A stretch of 63,990 nt of DNA, filler included, from Ferroacidibacillus organovorans (GTDB lineage Bacteria > Bacillota > Bacilli > Alicyclobacillales > SLC66), in NCBI RefSeq assembly GCF_001642725.1. It is 5 parts of 5 records of this genome, joined end to end, with 100 filler letters (N's around TTAATTAATTAA, not from the genome) between each part and the next. Parts side by side here need not be neighbours in the genome. Positions count along the whole stretch, not along the records: positions 1 to 15,366 come from NZ_LSUQ01000062.1; positions 15,467 to 29,539 come from NZ_LSUQ01000064.1; 3 more parts are not named here. One strand, 5' to 3'. A program made the translations under genes and the position numbers. This document shows positions 8,702-18,170 of this stretch, piece after piece; position 1 is the stretch's first letter, and each line of letters opens with the position of its first letter. The notes below the pieces were generated by a model. It worked only from the letters and a program-made list of their open reading frames with translations. It had not been told where the DNA came from and did not search any database.

Positions 8702-9298
8702 GTGATTTTAGTGTTATCGATGAATGATATCCAGGCGCCGCGCTTGGCTGCGACGGTCATTCTGGTCGATGCGTGGAACGCACAGCCGTTTCGTGTCCTT
8801 TTGATCAAACGTCCGAGTCAGCTTCGCGTTTTACCAGGATTTTGGGTGTTTCCTGGGGGGCGAGTCGAGATGGAAGATGGGCTTGGATCGGTCGATGAAA
8901 TGGATGCACTCTTGCATGCGGCCATTCGCGAAACAAGGGAAGAAGTGGGGATTTTACTCGAGAAACAAGCGCTCCTATGGTTCGGGAGGCGAGTTACTCC
9001 AAACGTTATGAAACATCGTTTTGACACGCATTTTTTTATTGCGCGTATCCCCCACGGAACCGAGTTTTGCTTGTCTGTCGAAGAAGCTGAAGAAGCGCAG
9101 TGGTGTACACCGGATGAAGCGTTTCAAAACGCGGAGAATGGGACGTGGCTCGTCGCGCCTCCGACGCGTGACGCATTGCGCACACTATCCTCTTTGAGTG
9201 CCGACGCCCTCTTTAACGGTGGCGTGATGCAGGCACAAGTCGAGAATCGCGATGAGATTGATCAGTTTGTGAAATCCATTCAGATGCCGCTGGCTTGA
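8702..9298 (+). CDS. NUDIX hydrolase
   Basis: WVFPGGRVE...AAIRETREEVG Nudix box; RFDTHFF. Confidence 0.9.
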   Translation: MILVLSMNDIQAPRLAATVILVDAWNAQPFRVLLIKRPSQLRVLPGFWVFPGGRVEMEDGLGSVDEMDALLHAAIRETREEVGILLEKQALLWFGRRVTPNVMKHRFDTHFFIARIPHGTEFCLSVEEAEEAQWCTPDEAFQNAENGTWLVAPPTRDALRTLSSLSADALFNGGVMQAQVENRDEIDQFVKSIQMPLA

Positions 9299-10143
9299 TA
9301 CATGAGCACTTTTTTCGCGCGATCATAGTGACACGCGATCAGATTTTTCTCTGAGAGGTAGCTCAGATGGGCGCGCACGGTGGCGAGTGCCGCCCACATG
9401 TGGTTCCCTGCGATCGCTGAGCCGTAAAGGGTGGCAGCCAGTTCATGCGCGCTTTGCGGTTTACGGATGAGTTGATTGAGAATTTGTTCACTGCGCGCTT
9501 CGCGGCGCTTTAACATCGTCACAAAAAACGATGGTGTCGCCTCAATCGACTCTCCGTGACCGGGGAGTATGGTTTTTGCAGATAAGGCATGCAGTCGAGT
9601 CAATGATTCATAAAAATGGGCGAGATGGCCGTCGGGTGGCCCAATCCAGACAGTTCCGGCAGACGTGGCGTTGTCTCCGGCGATAAGCGTCTGTGTTGTT
9701 GCCTCATACCAGGCGAGGTGACCGTGCGTGTGCCCCGGCGTCTCTATGGTTTCTACACGGTATGCGTTGAGGTGAATCATGTCACCTGCGCAAACGTCAC
9801 GCCATGAAATCGCCGCAAGACGTTTGCGCAGAGACACTCCTTTGTCCTCGATCGACTGACGCTCGAGTGGGTGAATGTACACGTTGCAGCAGTAAGTCTC
9901 AGCGAGTGTGAGCAGACCGCCTGCGTGGTCTTTGTGGGCATGTGTCACGAGAATGCCTTGGATGGTCACTTTCTTTGCGCGGATCCACGCGATGAGCGTG
10001 TGCAGGCTTGCGGGTTCGTCATACCCCGTATCAAAGAGCAGCGCACTTCGTCCATCTGTCATGAGATGAACATTGACGGTTGATTCGAGCGAACTGGCGC
10101 CGTTTAGTTCGAGAGATTGGAACGAGAGTGCCAGTGTGTTCAC
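9280..10143 (-). CDS. MBL-fold metallo-hydrolase (LACTB2-like)
   Basis: THAHKDH, TPGHT, GD and PGHG motifs; C-terminal winged-helix-like tail. Confidence 0.9.
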   Translation of the reverse strand: MNTLALSFQSLELNGASSLESTVNVHLMTDGRSALLFDTGYDEPASLHTLIAWIRAKKVTIQGILVTHAHKDHAGGLLTLAETYCCNVYIHPLERQSIEDKGVSLRKRLAAISWRDVCAGDMIHLNAYRVETIETPGHTHGHLAWYEATTQTLIAGDNATSAGTVWIGPPDGHLAHFYESLTRLHALSAKTILPGHGESIEATPSFFVTMLKRREARSEQILNQLIRKPQSAHELAATLYGSAIAGNHMWAALATVRAHLSYLSEKNLIACHYDRAKKVLMYQASGI

Positions 10144-10215
10144 CCACTTTCTTTACAAACTTTTTTTGTGCAAGAATGTACCCCTGTGTCATGCAAATCA
10201 AGGGAGGGTCTACTC

Positions 10216-10797
10216 ATGAAACTATACACGAAAACGGGAGATAAGGGCGAAACAAGCCTGATCTACGGCCGCAGAATTGCTAAAGATGATCTGCGTGTAG
10301 AAACCTACGGTACACTCGATGAAGCGAACAGTGTGTTGGGACTCGCCGCACAGGCATTGCGTGAGGATGAATCGTGTGCCGATCTTTTGCGCATTGTCGC
10401 GCGAATTCAGCGCGATCTGTTCGATGTCGGGCGCGATCTTGCGACGCCAGAAGACAAACAGGGAGAGCCGTTTGTCACAGCAGACCACGTGTCGACCCTG
10501 GAGGGGGTGATCGATCGCCTGGACGCGCAAGTTCCGCCTCTGACACAGTTTATTTTGCCGGGCGGTGCGCTTGCCGCGGCGCACTTACACCATGCGCGTA
10601 CGATTGTACGGCGTGCGGAGCGACTGGTCGTTACATTATCTCGTGAACAAAAGGTGTCTTTGAACATTGGAATCTATCTCAATCGGCTGTCTGATTTGCT
10701 GTTTATCACGGCGCGCACAGTCAACCATCGCCTTGGTGTCACAGAGCCACACGTGGATTTCAACGCCGCCGCAGAGTCGCTTGAAGAGGGGGTGTGA
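10216..10797 (+). CDS. pduO: ATP:cob(I)alamin adenosyltransferase (PduO type)
   Basis: MKLYTKTGDKGETSL, YGTLDEANS, FILPGG, RRAER, YLNRLSD motifs. Confidence 0.93.
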   Translation: MKLYTKTGDKGETSLIYGRRIAKDDLRVETYGTLDEANSVLGLAAQALREDESCADLLRIVARIQRDLFDVGRDLATPEDKQGEPFVTADHVSTLEGVIDRLDAQVPPLTQFILPGGALAAAHLHHARTIVRRAERLVVTLSREQKVSLNIGIYLNRLSDLLFITARTVNHRLGVTEPHVDFNAAAESLEEGV

Positions 10798-11597
10798 CTG
10801 TGTTTGATTGGCAGGACATTCGGGGTGTTCTTCTTGATTTGGATGGAACACTTTTTCGTGGGGATATCGTATTGCCCGGCGCGATCGCGCTTATTGAGCA
10901 ATTGCGGCACGCTCAGATCCCCTTTCTCTATTGGACAAATAATTCGACGCGCACGCCAGAGCAGGTTGTCACTCATTTACAAGGGTTAGGCTTTAACGCC
11001 TCGGAAAACGAGGTTTACACCAGTTCACTGGCCGTTGCAGACGCACTTGCAGGCGTTCTCCCGCATGCTTCTGCGGTGTATGCGCTTGGTGAAGAAGGTC
11101 TTGTTGACGCGCTCCGTCGACGCAGCTTTCGCGTGTTGACCGAAGGCGGACGCGATGAGCCTGTGGCTGCAGTTGCGGTGGGGCTTGACCGAGAGGTCAC
11201 CTATGCGCGCTTTGCTCAAGCGATGCAGCACCTTATGAGTCCGGATGTACTCTTTTACGCGACGAACCAGGATCGCGCGTTACCGCACGGGGATCACTTC
11301 CTGCCTGGAGCAGGCGCGGGGATCTCCTTTTTAGAGACGTGCACAGCTCGACGAGCGGTGGTGGTGGGCAAACCGCAAGCTACCTTTGTGCTTGCTGCGT
11401 GTGACAGGCTCGCTGTAGCACCTAGACACACGCTGATTGTCGGGGACAATGCAGAGACGGATGTGGCTGCCGCGAAACAGGCTGGAGCTATGGCTGTGTG
11501 GGTGACGACGGGTGTGTCACACGTGCGTGCAGAGCGGGGAACGCGAACCATTTCAGCGCTGACGGAGCTTCTTCCGGTCTTTGGCGCGCGAAAATAA
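10794..11597 (+). CDS. HAD-IIA hydrolase (NagD/YutF-like)
   Basis: DLDGTL, TNNS, GKP, GDNAETD motifs. Confidence 0.9.
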   Translation: MTVFDWQDIRGVLLDLDGTLFRGDIVLPGAIALIEQLRHAQIPFLYWTNNSTRTPEQVVTHLQGLGFNASENEVYTSSLAVADALAGVLPHASAVYALGEEGLVDALRRRSFRVLTEGGRDEPVAAVAVGLDREVTYARFAQAMQHLMSPDVLFYATNQDRALPHGDHFLPGAGAGISFLETCTARRAVVVGKPQATFVLAACDRLAVAPRHTLIVGDNAETDVAAAKQAGAMAVWVTTGVSHVRAERGTRTISALTELLPVFGARK

Positions 11598-11604
11598 AAC
11601 TCTA

Positions 11605-11668
11605 TTGACGATACTATATGTTGTGCATATAATGGTCATGGACATCCTTATTACACTACATATGGTAT
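11605..11668 (+). promoter_or_regulatory. SigA promoter with tandem NrdR boxes
   Basis: TTGACG-17-TATAAT (11605-11633); NrdR-like boxes ATACTATATGTTGTGC (11611) and ACACTACATATGGTAT (11653), 42 bp apart. Confidence 0.85.
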
Positions 11669-11679
11669 GGGGTGATCTC

Positions 11680-12189
11680 GTGAAGTGCCCGTATTGTCAG
11701 GCGCATGACTCGCGCGTTGTCGATTCTCGCGTGAGTGATGAACAGTCGTGGGTGCGCAGGCGCCGGGAGTGTGTCTCTTGCCAAAAACGCTTCACGACCT
11801 ATGAGCGGGTGGAGTTGACGCCGCTGATTGTCGTGAAGAAAGATCGCGTGCGCGAAGAGTTTAACCGGGATAAGGTGCGCCGCGGCGTGGTTCGAGCGTG
11901 CGAGAAGAGACCGATCACGCTTGATCAAATGGAGCAACTCGTCGATGACGTGGAGCGTGTGATCCGCGCAGAGTTTGAGCGTGAGGTTCCTTCGTGCGAA
12001 GTGGGGGAGCGCGTCATGAATGCGCTCAAGGCGCTTGATGGCGTGGCGTATGTTCGCTTCGCAAGTGTGTATCGGGAGTTTCGCGACGTGGAGTCGTTTG
12101 CAAAAGAGGTTTTGGCATTACTTCATACTTCCGGCGAGGGAAAGCATGCGGTGCCGGGAGAACAGGAATCGGAGGATGAACATTTGTGA
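11680..12189 (+). CDS. nrdR: Transcriptional repressor NrdR
   Basis: KCPYC...VVDSR...RRRREC..C.KRFTTYE; ATP-cone; [13 protein letters not shown]. Confidence 0.97.
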   Translation: MKCPYCQAHDSRVVDSRVSDEQSWVRRRRECVSCQKRFTTYERVELTPLIVVKKDRVREEFNRDKVRRGVVRACEKRPITLDQMEQLVDDVERVIRAEFEREVPSCEVGERVMNALKALDGVAYVRFASVYREFRDVESFAKEVLALLHTSGEGKHAVPGEQESEDEHL

Positions 12190-15100
12190 GTCAGACCATG
12201 TTGCCGCTTGGCGAAGAAGATGGTTTGTCCCTGACGGGGGAACGCATCGTCGCTGATCGCTATTTATTGAAAGACGCTAAAAAAGAGACGCTGAGCGTGG
12301 GTAGCCTTGTCGTCGCAGTACTCGATCGCAAGCGCTCTTATCACGAATTGGCGCGCGTTGTCGCCATGGACGAGCGCGCGAAGACCGTAACGGTCGAATT
12401 GCGCGACGGCTATCGTGAAGAACTCGCGTTTGATCATGTTGACGTCTTGAAAGAGACCGCTCCGCGCGAGATGTGGCGCAGAATTGCGCGCGGCGTCGCC
12501 TCTTCGACGGCAGATCCGAGTGCATATGAAGAAAAATTTTATGAGTTGCAGAGTCACTGGCGCTACGTTCCCGGGGGGCGCATCAACGCGTCGATGGGAA
12601 CGGGGATCAAAACGACGAGTTATAACTGTTTCGTAATTCCTAATGTAGGTTATAATCTGCGCGACTATGCGCGTTCATTTGGGCAAACGCTTGAGATTCA
12701 GGCGCGCTCTGGGGGCGTTGGCATGAACCTCAGTCAGGTGCCGCCCGCAGGGACGCTCATCCCAACAGAAGCTCGCTCGCGCAAGCGTGATTTGATCCTC
12801 GCGATCGATGTTTGGCACGAAGATCTCATGGAATTTTTGACGCAGTTTTATCCGAACAGCACCAAGGCGGTGCGTCTTTCCAAGTCTTTTTTGCGCGCCG
12901 TCGAGGAAAACATGAACTGGACCTACACGTTTCCAGACACGAGTTGCGAGTCGTATGACAGCGCGTGGGACGGGGATATCGATGCGTGGATTGCGGCGGG
13001 CTACCCTGTGCGCTCTGGCGAGACGGTCTCTGCGCAAGCGGTGTATGACGCGATTGTCGAGAGTGGGGCGCTCATCCTTCAAGATTTGCTCGGCACGGTG
13101 ATTACACCGGGAGACAGCCGGGGAACCATCGCCGAGCGACTCGGAGACATGTGGGAAGCGATGAGCCGTCAGAAGCGCGTGACCATGCTGCTCTCGACGC
13201 TTCGTCCGCGGTACAGCTATGTGCGCGGTGTCAATGGCCGCAGTTCAGGAGCCTACTCGTGGGGACTGCTCTATGACAAAGCGAATGAGGTCTTTGGACA
13301 GGGATTCGGTCCGGTTGGCGTCGGGGAGATCATGAGTGTCGGCTGCCAGTTGACGCTGCAGGGTGGCTCGCGCCGCGGTGCGCTGATGCTTATTTTGAAT
13401 GACCGTCACGCAGATGTCTTGAAGTTCATTCGCTGCAAGCAGGTTGACGGGGTCATCACAGGTGCAAACATTTCCGTCGGAATTTCTGAAGCGTTTATGC
13501 AGGCCAAGGCGACGGGCGCGCTGTGGGATCTCGGCTATCCTGACATGGAAGATGCGCCGCGGTTTGACGGGGATTTTGACGCGTGGGAAGCGCGCCAGGA
13601 ACTGCTTGTCACGTCAGAGCGAATTGAAGCGGCGAAACTGTGGGATGAGTTGACGACGTCTGCGTGGAAATCTGCGGAACCTGGCGTGGTTTTTCTTGGA
13701 CGGTACAATCGCATGTCAAACTCGCACTACTTTAATCCAATCATTGCGACAAACCCGTGCGGAGAGCAAGGTCTTCCCGCGTTTGGGATATGTAATCTCG
13801 GCGCGGTGGTGCTCAGTAAATTTGCCGTGGGCTTTGAAGATGAAGCAAAACGCGTCACTTTTCGCGATTCTGCAAAAGAGGCGTATTTGCGCGGATGGCT
13901 CACGCGCTATTTTGACGAGACGCGCGCAGACTTTTTCCTTCATCACATTAAATGGGAAGAGCTTGAGGAGATTACGCGCACAGGGCTTAGGTTTCAGGAT
14001 GCGGTCATTGATGCGACGTATTATCCGTTTGAAGACAACAGGGTCAATCAATTGAGCGAGCGACGCGTTGGGCTCGGAATCATGGGGCTGCACGATCTTC
14101 TCCTTTATTGCGGAGTTCGGTATGGTTCACAGGAATCCGTTCACCTCATCGACGTGCTGATGGGCATGATGGCGGAGTGGTGTTATCTTGAATCTGTGGA
14201 GTTGGCGAAAGAGAACGGGCCTTTCCCGAAGTTTGACGCGGACGCATTTTTGCAGTCGGGTTATATGAAAACGATGGCCGAAGAACGTCCCCACGTGACG
14301 GCTGCGATTCGCCAGTACGGCGTCCGCAATGTCACGACGATGACCATTGCGCCGACGGGTACGACCGGGACGATGGTCGGATGTTCGACCGGTTGTGAGC
14401 CTTACTACGCGTGGTCCTATTTCCGCAATTCGCGCCTTGGGATGTTTGAAGAGCGGGCGACGATCGTGGAGGAGTATCTCACGGCTCACGCGCCGGTGGA
14501 GGGGTTACCCGACTATTTCGTGACATCCATGGATCTCTCGCCAGAAGAGCACGTGCGCGTACAAGCGGCGCTTCAGAAGTGGATTGACAGCAGCATTTCA
14601 AAAACTTGCAATGCGCCGAATGACTATACGATTGAAGATACGAAAAAACTCTACGATTTGGCGTATGAGCTGGGATGCAAGGGCGTCACGATTTATCGGG
14701 ATGGGTCGCGCTCGGAACAAGTGCTTTCTTTGAGCGATCCAACGGAGGAGGTAGGGGAGCATGCGACGGTCCAAGTGGCGGCAGGCCATTTGGACAACGT
14801 TGACGCTGTGGTAGACAGCGGAGATGCTGCGCGTCTGGTCGGTTACCAGAACCGCAAGCGACCTGACGTACTCTACGGCGCGACGTACAAGAAAGAGACG
14901 CCGCTTGGAACTGCGTTTATCACGATCAACGACGATCAGACGACATCTTTCGCGCGTGAAATCTTTGTCAACATCGGCAAAGCAGGCTCCGATGTGTACG
15001 CAGCGAATGAAGCGCTCGGACGGGCGATTACCCTTTATTTGATGGATTCACTAAATCCAGAGAAAGAGGCAGTGCTCGTCAAGCACTTTAGTGGAATTGG

Positions 15101-15366
15101 CGGTCAGACTTCGGTTGGATTTGGTGAACGACGCATCACGAGTGTTCCTGATGCGATTGCGAAATCGCTGATTGAACACGCGGAGACGTTTCCGCTGCGC
15201 CGTATCTCGCAGGCGACAAGTCGTGATGACGCGACAGAACAGGGTGCTTCGCACAACCACGCGGCAGCGCCGCTTTCGTCGCTGCGGGCGGCCGAGATCG
15301 CGCGGGATTGGTGCCCAGAGTGTCACCAACACTCGCTGATTCGTCAGGGTGGCTGTTCGGAGTGCG
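12186..15366 (+). CDS. nrdJ: Class II (B12-dependent) ribonucleotide reductase with internal duplication; C-terminus cut by gap
   Basis: [54 protein letters not shown]-like domain and CxxC zinc ribbon. Confidence 0.95.
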
Positions 15367-15466
15367 NNNNNNNNNNNNNNNNNNNNNNNNNNNNNNNNNN
15401 NNNNNNNNNNTTAATTAATTAANNNNNNNNNNNNNNNNNNNNNNNNNNNNNNNNNNNNNNNNNNNN
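15367..15466. other. Artificial contig linker
   Basis: 100-bp N run with central TTAATTAATTAA (stops in all frames). Confidence 0.97.
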
Positions 15467-15511
15467 GTCTTACGGGGCGCTAAGGCGCGGGATGAAGGGT
15501 GAGAAGCGAGA

Positions 15512-17569
15512 ATGAGTACGACAATGAAGAGTAAAACAATGAGTCGCGAAATGGTGACGCACGCGCTCTTTGAATCGGTTTTAAAGCTTGACCCGCGCGT
15601 CATGATCAAAAATCCGGTCATGTTTGTCGTTGAGATCGGTTTTTTGATCACGCTCATTTTGACGGTCGACCCAAACGCGTTTGGCGGGCATTACCCGGCA
15701 GGCCAGCGCGCCTATAACCTGATCGTCACGATCATTCTGCTCATCACAGTCATCTTCGGAAATTTTGCGGAGGCGATCGCGGAGGGGCGCGGCAAGGCTC
15801 AGGCTGAGTCGCTGCGGCGCACGAAGTCTGATCTGATGGCGTTCAAGTGGGTGAATGGCGACGAGTATGAGAACGTCCCCGCCTCGACGCTGCGCAAAGG
15901 GGATCGCATCCGAGTTCGCGCAGGCGAGATGATCCCGGCGGACGGTGAGGTGCTCGAAGGGCTTGGCAGTGTGGACGAATCGGCGATCACGGGAGAGTCG
16001 GCGCCGGTGATTCGCGGATCGGGCGGAGACTTCAACTCGGTGACGGGGGGCACGAAGCTGCTCTCAGACACGCTGATGATTCGCGTGACGGTGGATCCTG
16101 GTGAATCGTTTCTCGATCAGATGATCGGGTTGGTGGAAGGCGCGAGCCGCCAGAAAACGCCGAATGAACTGGCGCTCTCTGTGCTGTTGGCGGGACTCAC
16201 GCTGATTTTTATCATCGTGGTGGTGACGATCGAGCCGATGGCGCGCTACGCGGGTCGCTCGGTCGATGTGGCGACGCTGATCGCGCTTCTCGTGTGTCTC
16301 ATCCCGACCACGATCGGGGCGCTCCTCTCTGCCATCGGCATTGCCGGGATGGATCGAGTGATCCGTTTTAACGTGATCGCGAAATCGGGAAAAGCGGTTG
16401 AGGCGGCGGGTGATGTGAATACGCTGATCCTCGACAAGACAGGGACGATCACGATTGGCAACCGGCTCGCGAGCGCGTTTGTTCCAGTGAGCGGCGGGAC
16501 AGAGGCGGAACTGATGGAGATCGCGGTGCTTTCTTCACTGTTTGACGAGACACCAGAAGGACGGTCGGTGGTCACGCTTGCCCACGAGCGGAACCTGACG
16601 ATGGATCGCGAGCGCTATGCGGACGCTGAGAATGTGGAGTTTAGCGCGGATACGCGTATGAGCGGAATCACGCTCAGCGACGGTACGCGCATTCGCAAAG
16701 GCGCCGTGGACGCGATGAAAAAGTATGTGCTCGAACAAGGTGGCGTGATTCCTGAGGACCTTGACGCGCGGACGGAGGAGATCGCCAAAGAGGGTGGGAC
16801 GCCGCTTGCGGTGTTGCGTGGCAATGTGATCTACGGCCTCATTTATTTGAAGGACATCGTCAAACCGGGAATGCGCGAACGTTTTATGGAATTGCGCAGG
16901 ATGGGCATCAAGACGGTGATGTGCACGGGGGACAATCCGCTGACGGCGGCGACGATCGCCAAAGAGGCGGGTGTTGACGAGTTTATCGCAGAGGCGAAGC
17001 CGGAAGACAAGATGCGACTGATTCGCCGGGAACAGGAGCAGGGCAAGCTTGTCGCGATGTCAGGCGACGGCACGAATGACGCGCCGGCGCTCGCGCAGGC
17101 GGACGTGGGACTGGCCATGAACACGGGGACGTCCGCCGCCAAAGAGGCGGGGAACATGGTCGATCTTGACTCCGATCCGACGAAGCTGATCGAAGTGGTG
17201 TCCATCGGAAAACAGCTTCTGATCACACGCGGCGCGATCACGACGTTTTCGATCGCCAACGACGTGGCAAAATACTTTGCGATTATCCCGGCGATGTTCG
17301 TGTACGTGGTGCCATCGCTTCAGGCGCTCAACATTATGCACTTGACGACGCCGCACAGCGCCATTCTCTCAGCGCTGATCTTTAATGCGCTGATCATTCC
17401 GTTTCTCATTCCGCTCGCGATGCGCGGCGTCAAATACAAGCCGATGAACGCGACGCAGATGCTTATGCGCAACCTGTTTGTCTATGGACTCGGCGGCGTG
17501 ATCGTACCATTTCTTGGCATCAAGGTGATCGATCTCATCATTACCGCGCTTGGCGGGGCAAACATTTAA
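15512..17569 (+). CDS. kdpB: K+-transporting ATPase B subunit
   Basis: [28 protein letters not shown]. Confidence 0.98.
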   Translation: MSTTMKSKTMSREMVTHALFESVLKLDPRVMIKNPVMFVVEIGFLITLILTVDPNAFGGHYPAGQRAYNLIVTIILLITVIFGNFAEAIAEGRGKAQAESLRRTKSDLMAFKWVNGDEYENVPASTLRKGDRIRVRAGEMIPADGEVLEGLGSVDESAITGESAPVIRGSGGDFNSVTGGTKLLSDTLMIRVTVDPGESFLDQMIGLVEGASRQKTPNELALSVLLAGLTLIFIIVVVTIEPMARYAGRSVDVATLIALLVCLIPTTIGALLSAIGIAGMDRVIRFNVIAKSGKAVEAAGDVNTLILDKTGTITIGNRLASAFVPVSGGTEAELMEIAVLSSLFDETPEGRSVVTLAHERNLTMDRERYADAENVEFSADTRMSGITLSDGTRIRKGAVDAMKKYVLEQGGVIPEDLDARTEEIAKEGGTPLAVLRGNVIYGLIYLKDIVKPGMRERFMELRRMGIKTVMCTGDNPLTAATIAKEAGVDEFIAEAKPEDKMRLIRREQEQGKLVAMSGDGTNDAPALAQADVGLAMNTGTSAAKEAGNMVDLDSDPTKLIEVVSIGKQLLITRGAITTFSIANDVAKYFAIIPAMFVYVVPSLQALNIMHLTTPHSAILSALIFNALIIPFLIPLAMRGVKYKPMNATQMLMRNLFVYGLGGVIVPFLGIKVIDLIITALGGANI

Positions 17570-17582
17570 AGGAGGAAAGACG

Positions 17583-18170
17583 ATGATCAATCTGTGGCGC
17601 TCTTTGCGCTTCACTGTGGTGTTTGCAGTCCTCCTCGGTCTTGTGTACCCGCTTTTCGTGATGGGCATCGGCAATGTGCTGTTTCCGTTTCAGGCGCAAG
17701 GCAGCATGGTGAAAGTAAACGGGACGGTGGTTGGCTCGGAACTCATCGCGCAGGCAACGACGGCACCTGGACTCTTCCATCCTCGCCCATCTGCGGTCCA
17801 TTATGCAGGGAATAACTCGGGCGGTTCGAACCTTGGACCGACGAATCCAGCGCTGATCACAGAGGTGAAAGGCAATCTGCAGCAGGTGCTCAGCCAGAAC
17901 CCTGGTGTCACGGCAGCTCAGGTTCCACCCGATATGGTTGAATCGTCAGCGTCTGGACTTGACCCGAACATAAGCATCGCCGACGCAGAACTTCAGATTC
18001 CGCGCATCGCGAAGGCGACCGGATTGTCTAACGGGCAGCTTCAGAACATGATCACGGAGAATGAAACGGGACGACTGTTTGGCATTTGGGGTGTTTCAAT
18101 GGTCAATGTCATGCAACTCAACGAGATGATCCTGCAGTTTCAAGGAAAACAGGTTGTGAACGTCGGATGA
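17583..18170 (+). CDS. kdpC: K+-transporting ATPase C subunit
   Basis: LGLVYP, GSELIAQ, FHPRPSA, SNLGP, SASGLDP. Confidence 0.95.
   Translation: MINLWRSLRFTVVFAVLLGLVYPLFVMGIGNVLFPFQAQGSMVKVNGTVVGSELIAQATTAPGLFHPRPSAVHYAGNNSGGSNLGPTNPALITEVKGNLQQVLSQNPGVTAAQVPPDMVESSASGLDPNISIADAELQIPRIAKATGLSNGQLQNMITENETGRLFGIWGVSMVNVMQLNEMILQFQGKQVVNVG

Noticed and set aside
12760..13305. NrdJ insertion as an intein
   Set aside because: No Cys/Ser start with His-Asn end and no LAGLIDADG motifs; the insert resembles RNR sequence itself.
15367..15466. TTAATTAATTAA palindrome inside N runs, four times (also 29540, 43631, 56974)
   Set aside because: Artificial six-frame-stop contig linker; adjacency across these gaps should not be assumed, except possibly at the intron-spanned gap.
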